Under the pieces are notes generated by a model, which was not told the origin of the DNA, ran no database searches, and was given only the letters and a program-made list of their open reading frames with translations. From Verrucomicrobiaceae bacterium (lineage in GTDB: Bacteria; Verrucomicrobiota; Verrucomicrobiia; Verrucomicrobiales; Akkermansiaceae), in assembly GCA_051252135.1 (NCBI GenBank), contig JBPOGH010000001.1, positions 384,001 through 448,000 of the forward strand: DNA of 64,000 nucleotides, in the 5' to 3' direction. This document shows, one piece after another, positions 20,174-32,376 of this stretch. A program made the translations under genes and the position numbers. Each line of letters starts with the position of its first letter. Positions within the stretch are counted from its first letter, which is position 1.

Positions 20174-20545
20174 TTAGAATTTTCCAAGGGGTGGCGGTGT
20201 CTGAACCGGTTGCTTCCTGATCTTGTTGAAAATCACGATATTGATGAAGTGCATCACCCCCAACACCAGCAGCACCACTCCGATCTTCCGGCTCAAGGCC
20301 TCAAAGATCCCGGTCACTCCGATCACCCGGAAATCCAGCTGCATGTAGAGTGTCACGAACCCGATGTTGATCAGGTAAAACCCCACCAATAAGAGGTGGT
20401 TCACACTATCCGCCATTTCGGTGTTTCCGTGGAAACAATCCACCAGGAAGATCCGTCCACTGCGGTGAAGGGTTTTCCCCACCCACACCGTGACAGGCAC
20501 GGCGATCGCGAGGTAAAGCATGTAAGTAGTTGCTATATCATTCAT
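20174..20545 (-). CDS. Conserved hypothetical 3-TM membrane protein
   Basis: VWVGKTLHRSGRIFL, ADSVNHLLLVGFYLINIG and KIGVVLLVLGVMHF. Confidence 0.8.
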   Translation of the reverse strand: MNDIATTYMLYLAIAVPVTVWVGKTLHRSGRIFLVDCFHGNTEMADSVNHLLLVGFYLINIGFVTLYMQLDFRVIGVTGIFEALSRKIGVVLLVLGVMHFINIVIFNKIRKQPVQTPPPLGKF

Positions 20546-20569
20546 TGTTTCAGTTTTTCTAGGGTTTGG

Positions 20570-21055
20570 TTAGTGGATCAATTCTTCACGCCATTCGTCT
20601 TTTTCGGCTTCGCAAAAGTCGCCCTCGCAAGCCACCTCCTCCATTCGGTGGAGCTCTGCCCTCACCTCCCGATCCTTCCGGCGAAAAAACACCTTGCTCA
20701 ATGCATGACGATTCGCCGCCAGCAGCCGACAAGCCCGGATCGCAATCGGCAGTAAACCCGGAGCTCCCAACCGACGGGCCGCCTTCCGGTAATGGGTGCA
20801 GCTGTAGAGGCACCACACCCAGGCCTCCGCCCCCCGGTAAAATTCCCCCTCACAAGTATGCACCACCATCTCTCTCGCCGGGTCCAGCGCATGAATCCCC
20901 GGGCAATGCTCTTCCGCTTCCGGCGCCTGATAGGGAGTAAAGCGTATCTCAAACGCCCTCTCCTGCTTGTTGATCCACTCATGAAAGGTGCAGCACATGC
21001 CGCATCGGCCATCGTAGAATACTTCGATCCATTTCGTATGTAGTGGGAGTTTCAT
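20570..21055 (-). CDS. DCC1/DUF393-family thiol-disulfide oxidoreductase
   Basis: VFYDGRCGMC (DxxCxxC) and YRGAEAW. Confidence 0.85.
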   Translation of the reverse strand: MKLPLHTKWIEVFYDGRCGMCCTFHEWINKQERAFEIRFTPYQAPEAEEHCPGIHALDPAREMVVHTCEGEFYRGAEAWVWCLYSCTHYRKAARRLGAPGLLPIAIRACRLLAANRHALSKVFFRRKDREVRAELHRMEEVACEGDFCEAEKDEWREELIH

Positions 21056-21074
21056 CTTCTTGTTTGTTTTGTTT

Positions 21075-21092
21075 TTTCAGGTTTTTCTGAAA
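21075..21092. promoter_or_regulatory. Palindromic candidate operator TTTCAG-N6-CTGAAA (copy 1)
   Basis: TTTCAGGTTTTTCTGAAA, 19 nt upstream of the DCC1-like start. Same arms, spacing and 3' GTT as copy 2. Confidence 0.65.
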
Positions 21093-21133
21093 GTTTGTTT
21101 CGTGGAAATTTGCTGTTTCAATCTGCTCTCGGA

Positions 21134-21655
21134 TTAGGAAAAGAATTTGAAGGCCAACTGCATCGCCTTCCCGTGCTGCATCCCGGCCACCCGATCTGCC
21201 ATCGACGACGCAAAAGCCACGAACTCTTCCAGCTCTTTCATCTGCTCGTGGAAAGCCTCCGCATTCCGCCCCTCCAGATCGGCGCTCTCATCGCGGCACT
21301 TTCGTAGCACCGCCAATGCAGGGTCAATCTCCCGACGCTTACGCTCCACCGTGATCCGGCGAAACATCTCCCAAACACCCTTCTCCGCCTCAAAAAACTC
21401 CTTCCGCTCACCCTTCTTCGTGACAATCCGCACCAAACCCCATCCCACCAAATCCTTCAAATTCGTATGCGCATTCCCCCGGCTGATCTCCAGCTCCTCC
21501 ATCACCTCATCCGTGCTCATCGCCTCTGCACTCGTCATCAGCAGGGCATGAATTTGTGCCATCGTCCGGTTAATCCCCCACTGCGCCCCCATCACCCCCC
21601 ACTGAGCCACAAACTCATCCCGAATCTTGGTCAACTTGGCCGCTTGCTCGCTCAT
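21134..21655 (-). CDS. GbsR/MarR-family transcriptional regulator
   Basis: WGINRTMAQIHALL, winged HTH ISRGNAHTNLKDLVGWGLV and GERKEFFEAEK. Confidence 0.9.
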   Translation of the reverse strand: MSEQAAKLTKIRDEFVAQWGVMGAQWGINRTMAQIHALLMTSAEAMSTDEVMEELEISRGNAHTNLKDLVGWGLVRIVTKKGERKEFFEAEKGVWEMFRRITVERKRREIDPALAVLRKCRDESADLEGRNAEAFHEQMKELEEFVAFASSMADRVAGMQHGKAMQLAFKFFS

Positions 21656-21658
21656 CTG

Positions 21659-21693
21659 TTTCAGTATTTACTGAAAGTTCATTCACTCTGCAA
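21659..21693 (-). promoter_or_regulatory. Sigma70-like promoter TTGCAG-N17-TAAATA overlapped by palindrome TTTCAG-N6-CTGAAA (copy 2, 21659-21676)
   Basis: Read directly upstream of the regulator ATG. The -10-like hexamer is the palindrome spacer. Confidence 0.6.
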
Positions 21694-21892
21694 GTTTTAT
21701 TTCCCTAAATTGAAATCCCCACATCGGTATGCCCCCTCAGGAACAAACATTCGCATTGCCGGCCCCCTCACAGGCCTTCCTGCAAATCACGAAACTCCGC
21801 CCCCCCAACTTTCCTAAAGAAACACAAACTTCATCCTTGCCAATCCCCCAATCCGCTCATAGCTTCCGCGCCCCTAACCGGAACCTTGAACC

Positions 21893-22048
21893 ATGTCCAA
21901 GCACAATAGTCTGAAACGTAAAGGTGGAGCCACTGGAAAACGCTCTGTGATGAAGCGCTTTGAGCGCATTAAGGTCCTCAAGCAGCGTGGCGAATGGAAG
22001 GACGGCACCAGCCCCATCGGCCTGCCTAAGACCAAAGCCGAGGCATAG
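21893..22048 (+). CDS. PVC-superphylum small basic signature protein (TIGR04137-type), 51 aa
   Basis: MSKHNSLKRKGGATGKRSVMKRFERIKVLKQRGEWKDGTSPIGLPKTKAEA, below the ORF-track cutoff. TTGCCA-N17-TAGCTT upstream and a terminator downstream. Confidence 0.9.
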   Translation: MSKHNSLKRKGGATGKRSVMKRFERIKVLKQRGEWKDGTSPIGLPKTKAEA

Positions 22049-22072
22049 CCTTCGCATTTTTTGATCTCTTTT

Positions 22073-22102
22073 AGGGGCGGAGCCACTTGGCTTCGCCTTT
22101 TT
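22073..22102 (+). terminator. Rho-independent terminator
   Basis: GGCGGAGCC-ACTT-GGCTTCGCC hairpin followed by TTTTT. Confidence 0.7.
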
Positions 22103-22125
22103 CGTGGTCTCTACCCCTCACTACT

Positions 22126-22842
22126 ATGGAAGAAGGAATCCGCCTCAACAAATATCTCGCCTCTTGCGGAGTCGGGTCACGCCGCGCCTGTGATGCCCTC
22201 GTCCAGCAGGGCGAAGTCATGGTCAATGGCGCCACTTGTATCAAACCTTCCTACCGTGTTCAACCGGGCGACCAGGTCCGCGCCTCCGGAAAACGGGTCG
22301 AACAGCTCAACGTCCAAAGCATCGTCCTCCATAAACCGGCAGGACTCGTCTGCTCCCGAAGCGACGAACTCCACCGCGATACCATCTACAACCTGCTCCC
22401 CGGTCGCCTCCACACCCTCCCTCACGTAGGACGTTTGGATCGCGACTCCGAAGGCCTCATCATTCTCAGCAATGATGGCGAGCTCTCCCAGGCCCTCACC
22501 CACCCCAAACACAAGGTTCCCAAGCTCTACCACGTTACCCTCGAACAAGCGTTCGAGAGCGAAATCCTCACCAAGTTTGAAGAAGGAGTTTACATCGAGG
22601 GCGGAAAGGCAAAGGCCCACTCGGTCAAGCGACTTTCCCCGCGCCGCATGGAAATCGTCCTCACCACCGGACTAAAACGCCAGATTCGCTACATGATGAA
22701 AGCTGTCCACCACCGTGTGAAACGACTCGTCAGACTCGAGATTGGCCCCCTCAAACTTGGTAGCCTGCGCCCCGGAAAATGGCGCCCCCTTACTCCGGAG
22801 GAACGCGACTCACTCCTCGAGATGGCCGGAAGCTCCAAATAG
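22126..22842 (+). CDS. rRNA pseudouridine synthase, RsuA/RluB family
   Basis: S4 domain IRLNKYLASCGVGSRR and catalytic VGRLDRDSEGL. Confidence 0.92.
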   Translation: MEEGIRLNKYLASCGVGSRRACDALVQQGEVMVNGATCIKPSYRVQPGDQVRASGKRVEQLNVQSIVLHKPAGLVCSRSDELHRDTIYNLLPGRLHTLPHVGRLDRDSEGLIILSNDGELSQALTHPKHKVPKLYHVTLEQAFESEILTKFEEGVYIEGGKAKAHSVKRLSPRRMEIVLTTGLKRQIRYMMKAVHHRVKRLVRLEIGPLKLGSLRPGKWRPLTPEERDSLLEMAGSSK

Positions 22843-22912
22843 GTTCATTCGGAAGTTCTTACTTTCCGGATTGTCCCATCTCATTTCACGTTGTTAGCTA
22901 GCTCCAGCAAAC

Positions 22913-24862
<1,950 letters not shown>

Positions 24863-24872
24863 CCCCTGTTTC

Positions 24873-25748
24873 ATGACCCGATTTCGATACGCCCTAGCCT
24901 CAATCATCCAGTCATTCGGAATTCACCGGAAGATGAAGCGAATGACCGATGCCGCGTATGAGCTCCACTTGATGCAGGAAGGAGAGGAGTTTTTGGGAGC
25001 CCTTTGTTGGCCCGAGGTCGAAGAGATTGAGGAAATCTCCATGGAATACTGGAGTATCCGACGAATCGTCCGCGAAAGGATCGGCCTGGAGGAAAAAATT
25101 GCCGAGGCCAACACCGTCCTTCATGCCGCGCATACCAAACGGGCATCCGTCGCAGATCGCTCCAAGGACATCGGCCAGGAACTGTTTAATCAAAGGGAAC
25201 GCCTGTTCGAACTTCTTGAGACCCTCAATATTGAACGGGATGGAATCATGTCCGACGCCCAGCAGGTGAAGCGTCGCTTTGAGGCCCTCAAAACCAAAGC
25301 CAGCGTTCTCAAGGACGAAGGTGAGATCAATTCCGGAGCCTATCAGGAAACGAGAGAAAAACTCGATGACCTGAAGGCTCAATTTAAAGGATTCAAACGC
25401 AAACTTACTCAAATCGACTCCCGCATCGATGTGAGACAGGAAGAGCTCTCCAAGCTGCAGGAGGACATCGATGAGAAGCTCCGCGGTAACAAGGACGAGG
25501 CCTCCGAGACCTTTGGTCAGATCAGCAAGGCCAACCGTGACATCACGGCCTCCAAGGCGGAAATGGGACTTTTGATCGAAGAACACGCCAAGCTCTGCCG
25601 TGAAGTTGGTCGCTATTTGAATCTCAACGCGAGGCTACCATCCTGCCAGAAGGCATGCAGTAGCCACCGGGGGCTCCTTGAGCAGATTCGCCTGCTCCGC
25701 CGTTCCATTCAATGGAACAAGAAGCTGGTCGAACGCTCCGGAGATTAA
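24873..25748 (+). CDS. Hypothetical coiled-coil protein
   Basis: 291-aa E/K/R/L-rich heptad-like ORF starting 10 nt after acs. Confidence 0.7.
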   Translation: MTRFRYALASIIQSFGIHRKMKRMTDAAYELHLMQEGEEFLGALCWPEVEEIEEISMEYWSIRRIVRERIGLEEKIAEANTVLHAAHTKRASVADRSKDIGQELFNQRERLFELLETLNIERDGIMSDAQQVKRRFEALKTKASVLKDEGEINSGAYQETREKLDDLKAQFKGFKRKLTQIDSRIDVRQEELSKLQEDIDEKLRGNKDEASETFGQISKANRDITASKAEMGLLIEEHAKLCREVGRYLNLNARLPSCQKACSSHRGLLEQIRLLRRSIQWNKKLVERSGD

Positions 25749-27130
25749 CTCTCCAATGCCGAAAGCAGCTTTTTGTGGATCCCACCAAATCCTCCGTTAC
25801 TGAGGACTGCGATCACATCCCCCTCCAGAGACTCTCCTGCCACAAGTGAGACAATATCGTCCACCTCATCGCAATACCAGGCCCGGGTGCCTCTTGCATT
25901 AAGATCGGACACCAACTTCTCGGGATTTAGTCGGTCCTCCTCAGCCACCTTTCCGGGATCTGGAACCGCAGGCAGGGCCACCAGGTCCGCTCCGGCCAAT
26001 GCATCGACCAAATCATCCTGGAAAATATTTCGGCGGGTCGTATTCGAGCGTGGCTCAAAAAGAACCCACAGCCGCCGACCCTCGTAACGCTGGCGAAGAC
26101 CTGTGATGGCCTGACCGATCGCCGTAGGATGATGGGCGAAGTCATCAATCACCGTAATGCCCTTAACAGTCCCCCTCTCCTCCTGACGTCTCGCAATTCC
26201 CTCGAAACTGGAAAGCCCCTTCTGAATCTGCTCCACCGAAAAACCCGAGAAACGGGCCGATGAGCAAGCCATTGCCGCATTGCGAACATTAAACTCCCCA
26301 ACCATGGGAATCTCGTAACTCGCCCCATCGAGCTCAAAACGACTGACATTGCTCAAATACTCGATGTTCCTAATCTGAAGATCACAATGCTCTCCCAAGC
26401 CCACTGTGCGCACCGGACAAGGTGCCCCCTTGGCCACGTCGAGGCAGTTCTGCTCATCTCCATTGACCAAAGCCAACCCGTTTCGGGGTACCACCTTAAG
26501 TTGTCTCTCAAAACTCAGCTTGATCTGCTCAAGGGAGTCAAAAATATCAGCATGGTCGAATTCGATATTGTTCACCACCACCACCTCGGGAAGATAGTGG
26601 AGAAACTTGGATCGCTTGTCGAAAAACGCGGTGTCATACTCGTCCCCCTCCATTACCACAAAATCAGAATCCGTAAAGCGGGCCCCTTGACCAAAATTGC
26701 GGGGAATCCCTCCAATCATGAAGCTCGGATTTTCCCCGGCCGACTCCAAAATCCAGGCCAACATCGAACTTGTCGTTGTCTTCCCATGGGTCCCACTCAT
26801 CACCAGATTCCGCCGTCCGCGCAAAAAATACTCCTTCAGCACTTCCGGGAGTGATTGATACCGAAGTCGGCGATCGAGTACCGCCTCGGCCTCCTCATTC
26901 CCTCGACTGATCGCATTGCCGATCACTACCGTGGTCGCTTCTGCTGGAATGTTTTCCGCCCGATATCCTTCAAAAATCGTAATCCCCTTCTCTTCCAGAA
27001 AGTCGGACATCGGAGGATAGGCGGCCTGATCGGAACCCGTGACCCGATACCCTTGTTCGGCCATTCCGGCCGCGACAGAACCCATGGCCGTGCCACAGAT
27101 CCCAATGAAGTGAAATTGTTCGTCTTTCAT
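25745..27130 (-). CDS. mpl: Murein peptide ligase (UDP-MurNAc:L-Ala-gamma-D-Glu-meso-DAP ligase)
   Basis: HFIGICGTAMG, SGTHGKTTTSSM, EGDEYDTAFFDKRSKF, DDFAHHPTAI and FEPRSNT. Confidence 0.92.
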   Translation of the reverse strand: MKDEQFHFIGICGTAMGSVAAGMAEQGYRVTGSDQAAYPPMSDFLEEKGITIFEGYRAENIPAEATTVVIGNAISRGNEEAEAVLDRRLRYQSLPEVLKEYFLRGRRNLVMSGTHGKTTTSSMLAWILESAGENPSFMIGGIPRNFGQGARFTDSDFVVMEGDEYDTAFFDKRSKFLHYLPEVVVVNNIEFDHADIFDSLEQIKLSFERQLKVVPRNGLALVNGDEQNCLDVAKGAPCPVRTVGLGEHCDLQIRNIEYLSNVSRFELDGASYEIPMVGEFNVRNAAMACSSARFSGFSVEQIQKGLSSFEGIARRQEERGTVKGITVIDDFAHHPTAIGQAITGLRQRYEGRRLWVLFEPRSNTTRRNIFQDDLVDALAGADLVALPAVPDPGKVAEEDRLNPEKLVSDLNARGTRAWYCDEVDDIVSLVAGESLEGDVIAVLSNGGFGGIHKKLLSALES

Positions 27131-27137
27131 CGAAAAT

Positions 27138-28019
27138 TTAAAAACCGGGAGCTGCCACCCGTCCACTCTCACGCTCCTCAAGTCGCTCCTTGAGAATACG
27201 ATCAGCAATCTCCTTCACCATTTCCTCCAGAAGGAGTCGCAGGTGACTCCCTTTCCGGTAATCGGCGGGAGCAATGTGCTTCACGCGATCGGCGTGCGTG
27301 CAAAGCTGATAACATTTGCGGAAACTTCGGCCACTTGCATCCTTGGGATTGTAAACCGCGATGGCGTGCCCTCCGTTCTTCTTCATCACCGTAAAACACG
27401 GCACGTCCGTCGGACCATCTCCCACATAAACCATGTTTTGAAACGGAATGGGGCGCGCCTCCGAGGGCATGTGATCATTCACATCATCCTCGTGACCCAA
27501 CATCCCCTTGTTGATTCGGAAAAGATATTGCGTCTTTGTCGTGTGGGATATCGTCCGCTTGGGGAAACTAATCCTCCCGTGCTCGTCTTCACCAAATTCA
27601 CACCCGAATATCGCTCTCACCTTCTCTTTTAGGGAACACCCGTCCAGGAGAGCTTTCAGGCCTGAAGAAACAATATAGTGCTCCACCTTGATCCCCGCAG
27701 CCTCATGTTCAGGCCGGATACAGAATTCGCGAATCTCTTCGAACACCGTTTCGACACCTGGATAATAATTGAGCCCCCTCCCCAACTCGGTCAGGTCGGA
27801 ATTGGAGACATTATCCATACCCAAATAATCCAAAAGGCACTTCATATAGGCCAACTCACCATCCCAGGCCTGTTCATGAACGAGCTTATTGCACTTGCTC
27901 CAAAATTGCTCCGGACTGATCCCAAATTTGGGAAATAGAACGTCGTCCTGCATATACGCAGGGCTAAGCGTCTGGTCATAATCGTAAACCAACGCGATGG
28001 TGTTCTGGGGCACGGACAT
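27138..28019 (-). CDS. HAD-superfamily hydrolase
   Basis: Motif I YDYDQTL, motif II VSSG and motif IV YVGDGPTD. Start uncertain. Confidence 0.85.
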   Translation of the reverse strand: MSVPQNTIALVYDYDQTLSPAYMQDDVLFPKFGISPEQFWSKCNKLVHEQAWDGELAYMKCLLDYLGMDNVSNSDLTELGRGLNYYPGVETVFEEIREFCIRPEHEAAGIKVEHYIVSSGLKALLDGCSLKEKVRAIFGCEFGEDEHGRISFPKRTISHTTKTQYLFRINKGMLGHEDDVNDHMPSEARPIPFQNMVYVGDGPTDVPCFTVMKKNGGHAIAVYNPKDASGRSFRKCYQLCTHADRVKHIAPADYRKGSHLRLLLEEMVKEIADRILKERLEERESGRVAAPGF

Positions 28020-28164
28020 TTCGTCGGGGAACATGCCTTGTTTGGATACGGAAGTCAAAGACGAGCTTTCTATCTCGTAAGCTTAATAAATATGAGTCCA
28101 ATCACCAACGAAAAAGGCCTATCCCCCGCGATGAAGGATAGGCCTGATGAATTTTGAGAACTCT

Positions 28165-30684
28165 TTAAGACTCCGCGGAGGTCGCCGCTTCCTCGCCCTT
28201 TCGCTCCTGCGGAGTAAATGAGATCTTCTTGTCGTCGTCTTCAACGGCGGCCACCACAGTGTCTCCTTCCTGAATTCCGCCGGCAAGCAGAGCCTCGGCC
28301 AGCGGGTCCTCAAGGAACCGCTCAACCGCACGCCGCATGGGACGGGCTCCGTAAGCTGGATCATACCCCTCTTTGACCAGCAGGTCGCGGGCGGACTCAT
28401 CAAGAGTCAAGGTGATCTCTTTCGCTTCCAATCGATCAACCAGCTTGGAAACCTCAAGGTCCACAATCACATTGAGGTCCTTCTTCTCAAGCATGTGGAA
28501 GACAACCAATTCATCAAGACGGTTGAGGAACTCAGGACGGAAGTGCTTCTTCGCGACTTCCTCGATTTTACTCTTCATGCCCTCGAAATCAGCCTCGTCC
28601 TCATTCATCGCCCCAAAGCCAAGACTGGTCTGCCGCTTGATGCTCTCTGCTCCGACATTGGAAGTGAGAATAATGATGGTGTTCCTGAAATCGATTTTCC
28701 GGCCAAAACTGTCCGTGACCATGCCTTCCTCCAAAATCTGGAGTAGAAGATTCATCACATCAGGGTGCGCCTTCTCAATTTCGTCAAAAAGCACAACCGA
28801 ATAAGGACGCCGGCGCACCGCTTCGGAAAGCTGGCCTCCTTCTTCATAACCCACGTATCCCGGAGGAGAACCAATCAGTCGACTGGAAGTGAACTTCTCC
28901 ATGTACTCCGACATATCGAGTTGGATGAGCGCATCCGCATCGCCAAACATGAATTTCGCCAGGTTGCGGGCAAGGTAGGTCTTACCCACCCCCGTAGGTC
29001 CCAGGAATAGGAAAGAACCGATGGGCCTCTTCGGATCCTTGAGATCGGCACGGGACCGACGGAGCGCTTTCGAAATCGCCACCACAGCCTCGTCCTGACC
29101 AATAACGGTCTCCTGAAGATCCTTCTCCATATTGAGAAGCTTGGCCTTCTCTTTCTGTTCCATTCGCTGAAGTGGAACACCCGTCCATTTCGAAACGACG
29201 GACATGATGTCATCTTCACTGATCTCAACAATTTTCTCCTCGCTGACTCCACGCCAGCCCTCAAGTTGATCCTCCAAATCCTTCTTGGCCGTCTTCTCCT
29301 CATCACGAAGGGAAGCCGCTTTTTCAAAATCCTGATCATTGATCGCCTCAACTTTTTCCTCGTTGATCGTGGAAATCCGTGACTCGAGCTTCTTCAATTC
29401 AGGTGGCCGGGTCATTGTCCCAATCCGGGCCCGGGCTCCGGCTTCATCGACGACGTCGATCGCCTTATCCGGTAAAAATCGGGTTGTCAGATAGCGCGAG
29501 GTCAGCTTCACCGATGCCTCCAAAGCCTCCTCGGTGTAGTGCACCTTGTGGTGGCTTTCATACTTCTCCCGAAGCCCCTTCATGATCTCGATCGCGTCAT
29601 CGATGGAGGGCTCGTCCACTTTCACCTGTTGGAATCGACGCTCCAATGCCGCATCTTTTTCAATATGCTTCCGATACTCATTCATCGTGGTCGCTCCCAC
29701 ACATTGGAGCTCCGCGCGACTGAGTGCGGGCTTGATGATATTGGAAGCATCCATCGCACCTTCGGCAGAACCCGCACCAACAATCGTATGAAGCTCATCA
29801 ATGAAGAGGATCACATTCCCCACCTTCTTGATCTCATCCATCACCGCCTTGATGCGCTCTTCAAATTGTCCGCGGTATTTGGTTCCGGCAACCATCAACG
29901 CGAGATCAAGGGTGATGACCTTTTTATCACGGAGAATCTCCGGCACATCACCGGCGCAGATCTCCTGGGCAAGCCCCTCAACAATGGCCGTCTTTCCCAC
30001 TCCCGCTTCTCCCACAAGAACCGGGTTATTTTTGGTCCGTCGGCATAAAATTTGAATCACCCGTTCGATCTCACCACCACGTCCGATGACCGGATCCAGT
30101 TTTCCCTCTGCTGCGAGCTTGGTCAGATCTCTACCGAACGCCTTCAATGCCGGCGTCTTCGTCTTTCCCTCGTTCTCAATTTCGACGCCATCATCGTCAT
30201 CGTCATCATCGTCGAACTCAAAGTCATCATCCAGATCATCGGCTGAAAAATTGGGATCGATCTCGGCTAACACCTCGTTACGGGTGGTCTGCAAGTCGAC
30301 ATTGAGCCGCTCAAGCACACGGGCCGCCATTCCTTCGCCTTCCCGGAGGAGCCCCAGCAGAATATGCTCGGTTCCGACATAGGAATGCGAAAGTTGCTGA
30401 GCCTCCTTATTCGCCAGAGAAAGCACCTTCTTGACCCGGGGAGTGTAGGGAATATTGGTCGAAGCCTTCTGTTCGGGGCCGGTTCCAACCTCTTTCTCCA
30501 CCTCGCGGCGGACGTTTTCGAGCTCGAGGCCCATACGCTCCAACACGCTTACTGCCACTCCTTGGCCCAACTTAATGAGACCCAAAAGGACATGCTCGGT
30601 GCCGATGTAGTTGTGGTTGAAGCGATCAGCTTCCTTGCGGGCAAGTGCGAGGACTTGCTGGGCACGGGGAGTGAAATTGTTCAT
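28165..30684 (-). CDS. clpC: ATP-dependent Clp protease ATP-binding subunit ClpC
   Basis: Two Clp-N repeats, [11 protein letters not shown] motif and GPTGVGKT. Follows mcsA-mcsB. Confidence 0.95.
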   Translation of the reverse strand: MNNFTPRAQQVLALARKEADRFNHNYIGTEHVLLGLIKLGQGVAVSVLERMGLELENVRREVEKEVGTGPEQKASTNIPYTPRVKKVLSLANKEAQQLSHSYVGTEHILLGLLREGEGMAARVLERLNVDLQTTRNEVLAEIDPNFSADDLDDDFEFDDDDDDDDGVEIENEGKTKTPALKAFGRDLTKLAAEGKLDPVIGRGGEIERVIQILCRRTKNNPVLVGEAGVGKTAIVEGLAQEICAGDVPEILRDKKVITLDLALMVAGTKYRGQFEERIKAVMDEIKKVGNVILFIDELHTIVGAGSAEGAMDASNIIKPALSRAELQCVGATTMNEYRKHIEKDAALERRFQQVKVDEPSIDDAIEIMKGLREKYESHHKVHYTEEALEASVKLTSRYLTTRFLPDKAIDVVDEAGARARIGTMTRPPELKKLESRISTINEEKVEAINDQDFEKAASLRDEEKTAKKDLEDQLEGWRGVSEEKIVEISEDDIMSVVSKWTGVPLQRMEQKEKAKLLNMEKDLQETVIGQDEAVVAISKALRRSRADLKDPKRPIGSFLFLGPTGVGKTYLARNLAKFMFGDADALIQLDMSEYMEKFTSSRLIGSPPGYVGYEEGGQLSEAVRRRPYSVVLFDEIEKAHPDVMNLLLQILEEGMVTDSFGRKIDFRNTIIILTSNVGAESIKRQTSLGFGAMNEDEADFEGMKSKIEEVAKKHFRPEFLNRLDELVVFHMLEKKDLNVIVDLEVSKLVDRLEAKEITLTLDESARDLLVKEGYDPAYGARPMRRAVERFLEDPLAEALLAGGIQEGDTVVAAVEDDDKKISFTPQERKGEEAATSAES

Positions 30685-30707
30685 GAAAATAGTCGGGGGT
30701 CGAATTT

Positions 30708-31796
30708 CTAGCGTTCTTCTTTAATATCAATAGCAGGAGGAAGAACTGATTGCAACTGCTCGCGAATCATTTGTGCCCGCATCGCATCGCGCGTGTCGGG
30801 TGGCAGCTTGTTGCCCGCCCTCCATTGAAGATGGGCAGGCTGTGTTTCCATGAACAGCTGATCACAAATTTCCACCAGAGACTCCGGCAAAATAGTCAGG
30901 TCCGCACCCAGGCGAAGCATCGAGAGATGACCGAGCGCTTCCTTGGAATCAATGATTCTGGCACAGGTCAAAATGCCCGCCGCGCGACCAATCCGGTCCC
31001 GGACCATCAAGGGATCATCCTCCATCAGCTTTGCACGGGCTTGAATTTCATACCGCGCCACGTCACCGATCACCTTCGTCAGACGATTGAGAATTTGCTC
31101 CTCACTCTCCCCCAAAGTCGATTGATTCGAAATTTGGTAGAGATTTCCCAACGATTCGGTTCCCTCTCCATACAATCCCCTGACAGCAAGACCCAGCTTC
31201 CCGATCCCTTTAAGCACCTGACCAATCTGATCGCTCAGCACCAACGCCGGCAGGTGAAGCATAGAGGATGCCCTCATGCCCGTTCCAAGATTGGTTGGAC
31301 ACGCAGTCAAAAATCCCCATTGGGGATGAAATGCGTAGTCGACCTGCTCGCCCAAATACTCGTCGACCGATAGCGCTAGCTCATAGGCCTCCATCAGTTG
31401 CAAACTTGGCCGGATCGCCTGAATTCGAAGATGATCCTCCTCGTTGATCATCAGACTCAATGTCTGCTTCCGATTGACTACCGATCCACACCCTTCATTT
31501 CGCGCTGCTTGCTCACGACTAATTAGATGGCGCTCCACCAAAACCTGTTTTTGTAGGGAATCGAGATCCGAAAGTTCGTGGGAAAAGGCCTCTTTCATCG
31601 CCGGATGCTCTTCCAGTCGACCCTTCAACTCTTGCAAAACTTCCTGCCGTTGTCCCTTGCGGGCCCAGCCGGGAAAAGGCGTCTTCCTGAGATTTCTAGC
31701 CAACCGGACGCGACTCGTAACCACCACAGAGGTTTCGGCTTCGTGCCCGGTCATCCAATCAGCGGGATGCTTCAACAGAGTGGAAAAACGCATCAT
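30708..31796 (-). CDS. mcsB: Protein-arginine kinase
   Basis: [33 protein letters not shown] and YQISNQ. Confidence 0.93.
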   Translation of the reverse strand: MMRFSTLLKHPADWMTGHEAETSVVVTSRVRLARNLRKTPFPGWARKGQRQEVLQELKGRLEEHPAMKEAFSHELSDLDSLQKQVLVERHLISREQAARNEGCGSVVNRKQTLSLMINEEDHLRIQAIRPSLQLMEAYELALSVDEYLGEQVDYAFHPQWGFLTACPTNLGTGMRASSMLHLPALVLSDQIGQVLKGIGKLGLAVRGLYGEGTESLGNLYQISNQSTLGESEEQILNRLTKVIGDVARYEIQARAKLMEDDPLMVRDRIGRAAGILTCARIIDSKEALGHLSMLRLGADLTILPESLVEICDQLFMETQPAHLQWRAGNKLPPDTRDAMRAQMIREQLQSVLPPAIDIKEER

Positions 31797-32323
31797 TGTT
31801 GCTCCTCCTGATTCGTTGCTGCTGAATCCGCCGCCGCGGCCAGCTCATCACGCAACTTCGCCGCAGTTTCATAATCTTCGGCTTTCACTGCGATCGCCAG
31901 TTGCTTGTTGAGATTCTCCACCAAGCTTCTTTTTTGCTCCATCTCGGCCAATCCTTTCGGAACCCGACCGGTATGACTTAACCCTTTGTGAAGAGACGGC
32001 AGACGTTCGGCAATCTCCTTGGAAAAGGCGACGTAGCAATCCCCGCAGCCGACCCGACCGATCTTGACGTAGTCATCAAGCGTGAAGCCGCACGTCGGGC
32101 AATCCCCGGTGGGTTCCACCGGAAATATTCCCCCCTCGTTGGAATCCGGGGCTTTTTTAGGGAATCCCATCAGATGATCAGCCATTAATAGACCTTCAGG
32201 ATCTGTAATCCCCTGCTGCTGCGCACAGCTTTCGCAGAGCGCAGTTTTCTTCATCTTTCCATTGGTAACCTGTGTGTAAAACACGGTCGCCTTGTTCTCG
32301 CAAAGGTCGCACTTCATCGACAT
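31793..32323 (-). CDS. mcsA: McsA (zinc-finger/UVR activator of McsB)
   Basis: Four CxxC motifs and C-terminal UVR motif EDYETAAKLRDE. Confidence 0.9.
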   Translation of the reverse strand: MSMKCDLCENKATVFYTQVTNGKMKKTALCESCAQQQGITDPEGLLMADHLMGFPKKAPDSNEGGIFPVEPTGDCPTCGFTLDDYVKIGRVGCGDCYVAFSKEIAERLPSLHKGLSHTGRVPKGLAEMEQKRSLVENLNKQLAIAVKAEDYETAAKLRDELAAAADSAATNQEEQQ

Positions 32324-32376
32324 GGCAAGACTAGACCTTACCCCACCGATTGCGAACGAAATCTCACGCCAAAAAT

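Noticed and set aside
21857..22086. Minus-strand ORFs of 66 and 70 aa in the track
   Set aside because: They are antisense shadows of the real plus-strand PVC small basic protein.
30190..30240. Short (TCA/TCG)n trinucleotide repeat
   Set aside because: It encodes the poly-Asp linker of ClpC. Codons are mixed and in frame, so it is not a phase-variation tract.
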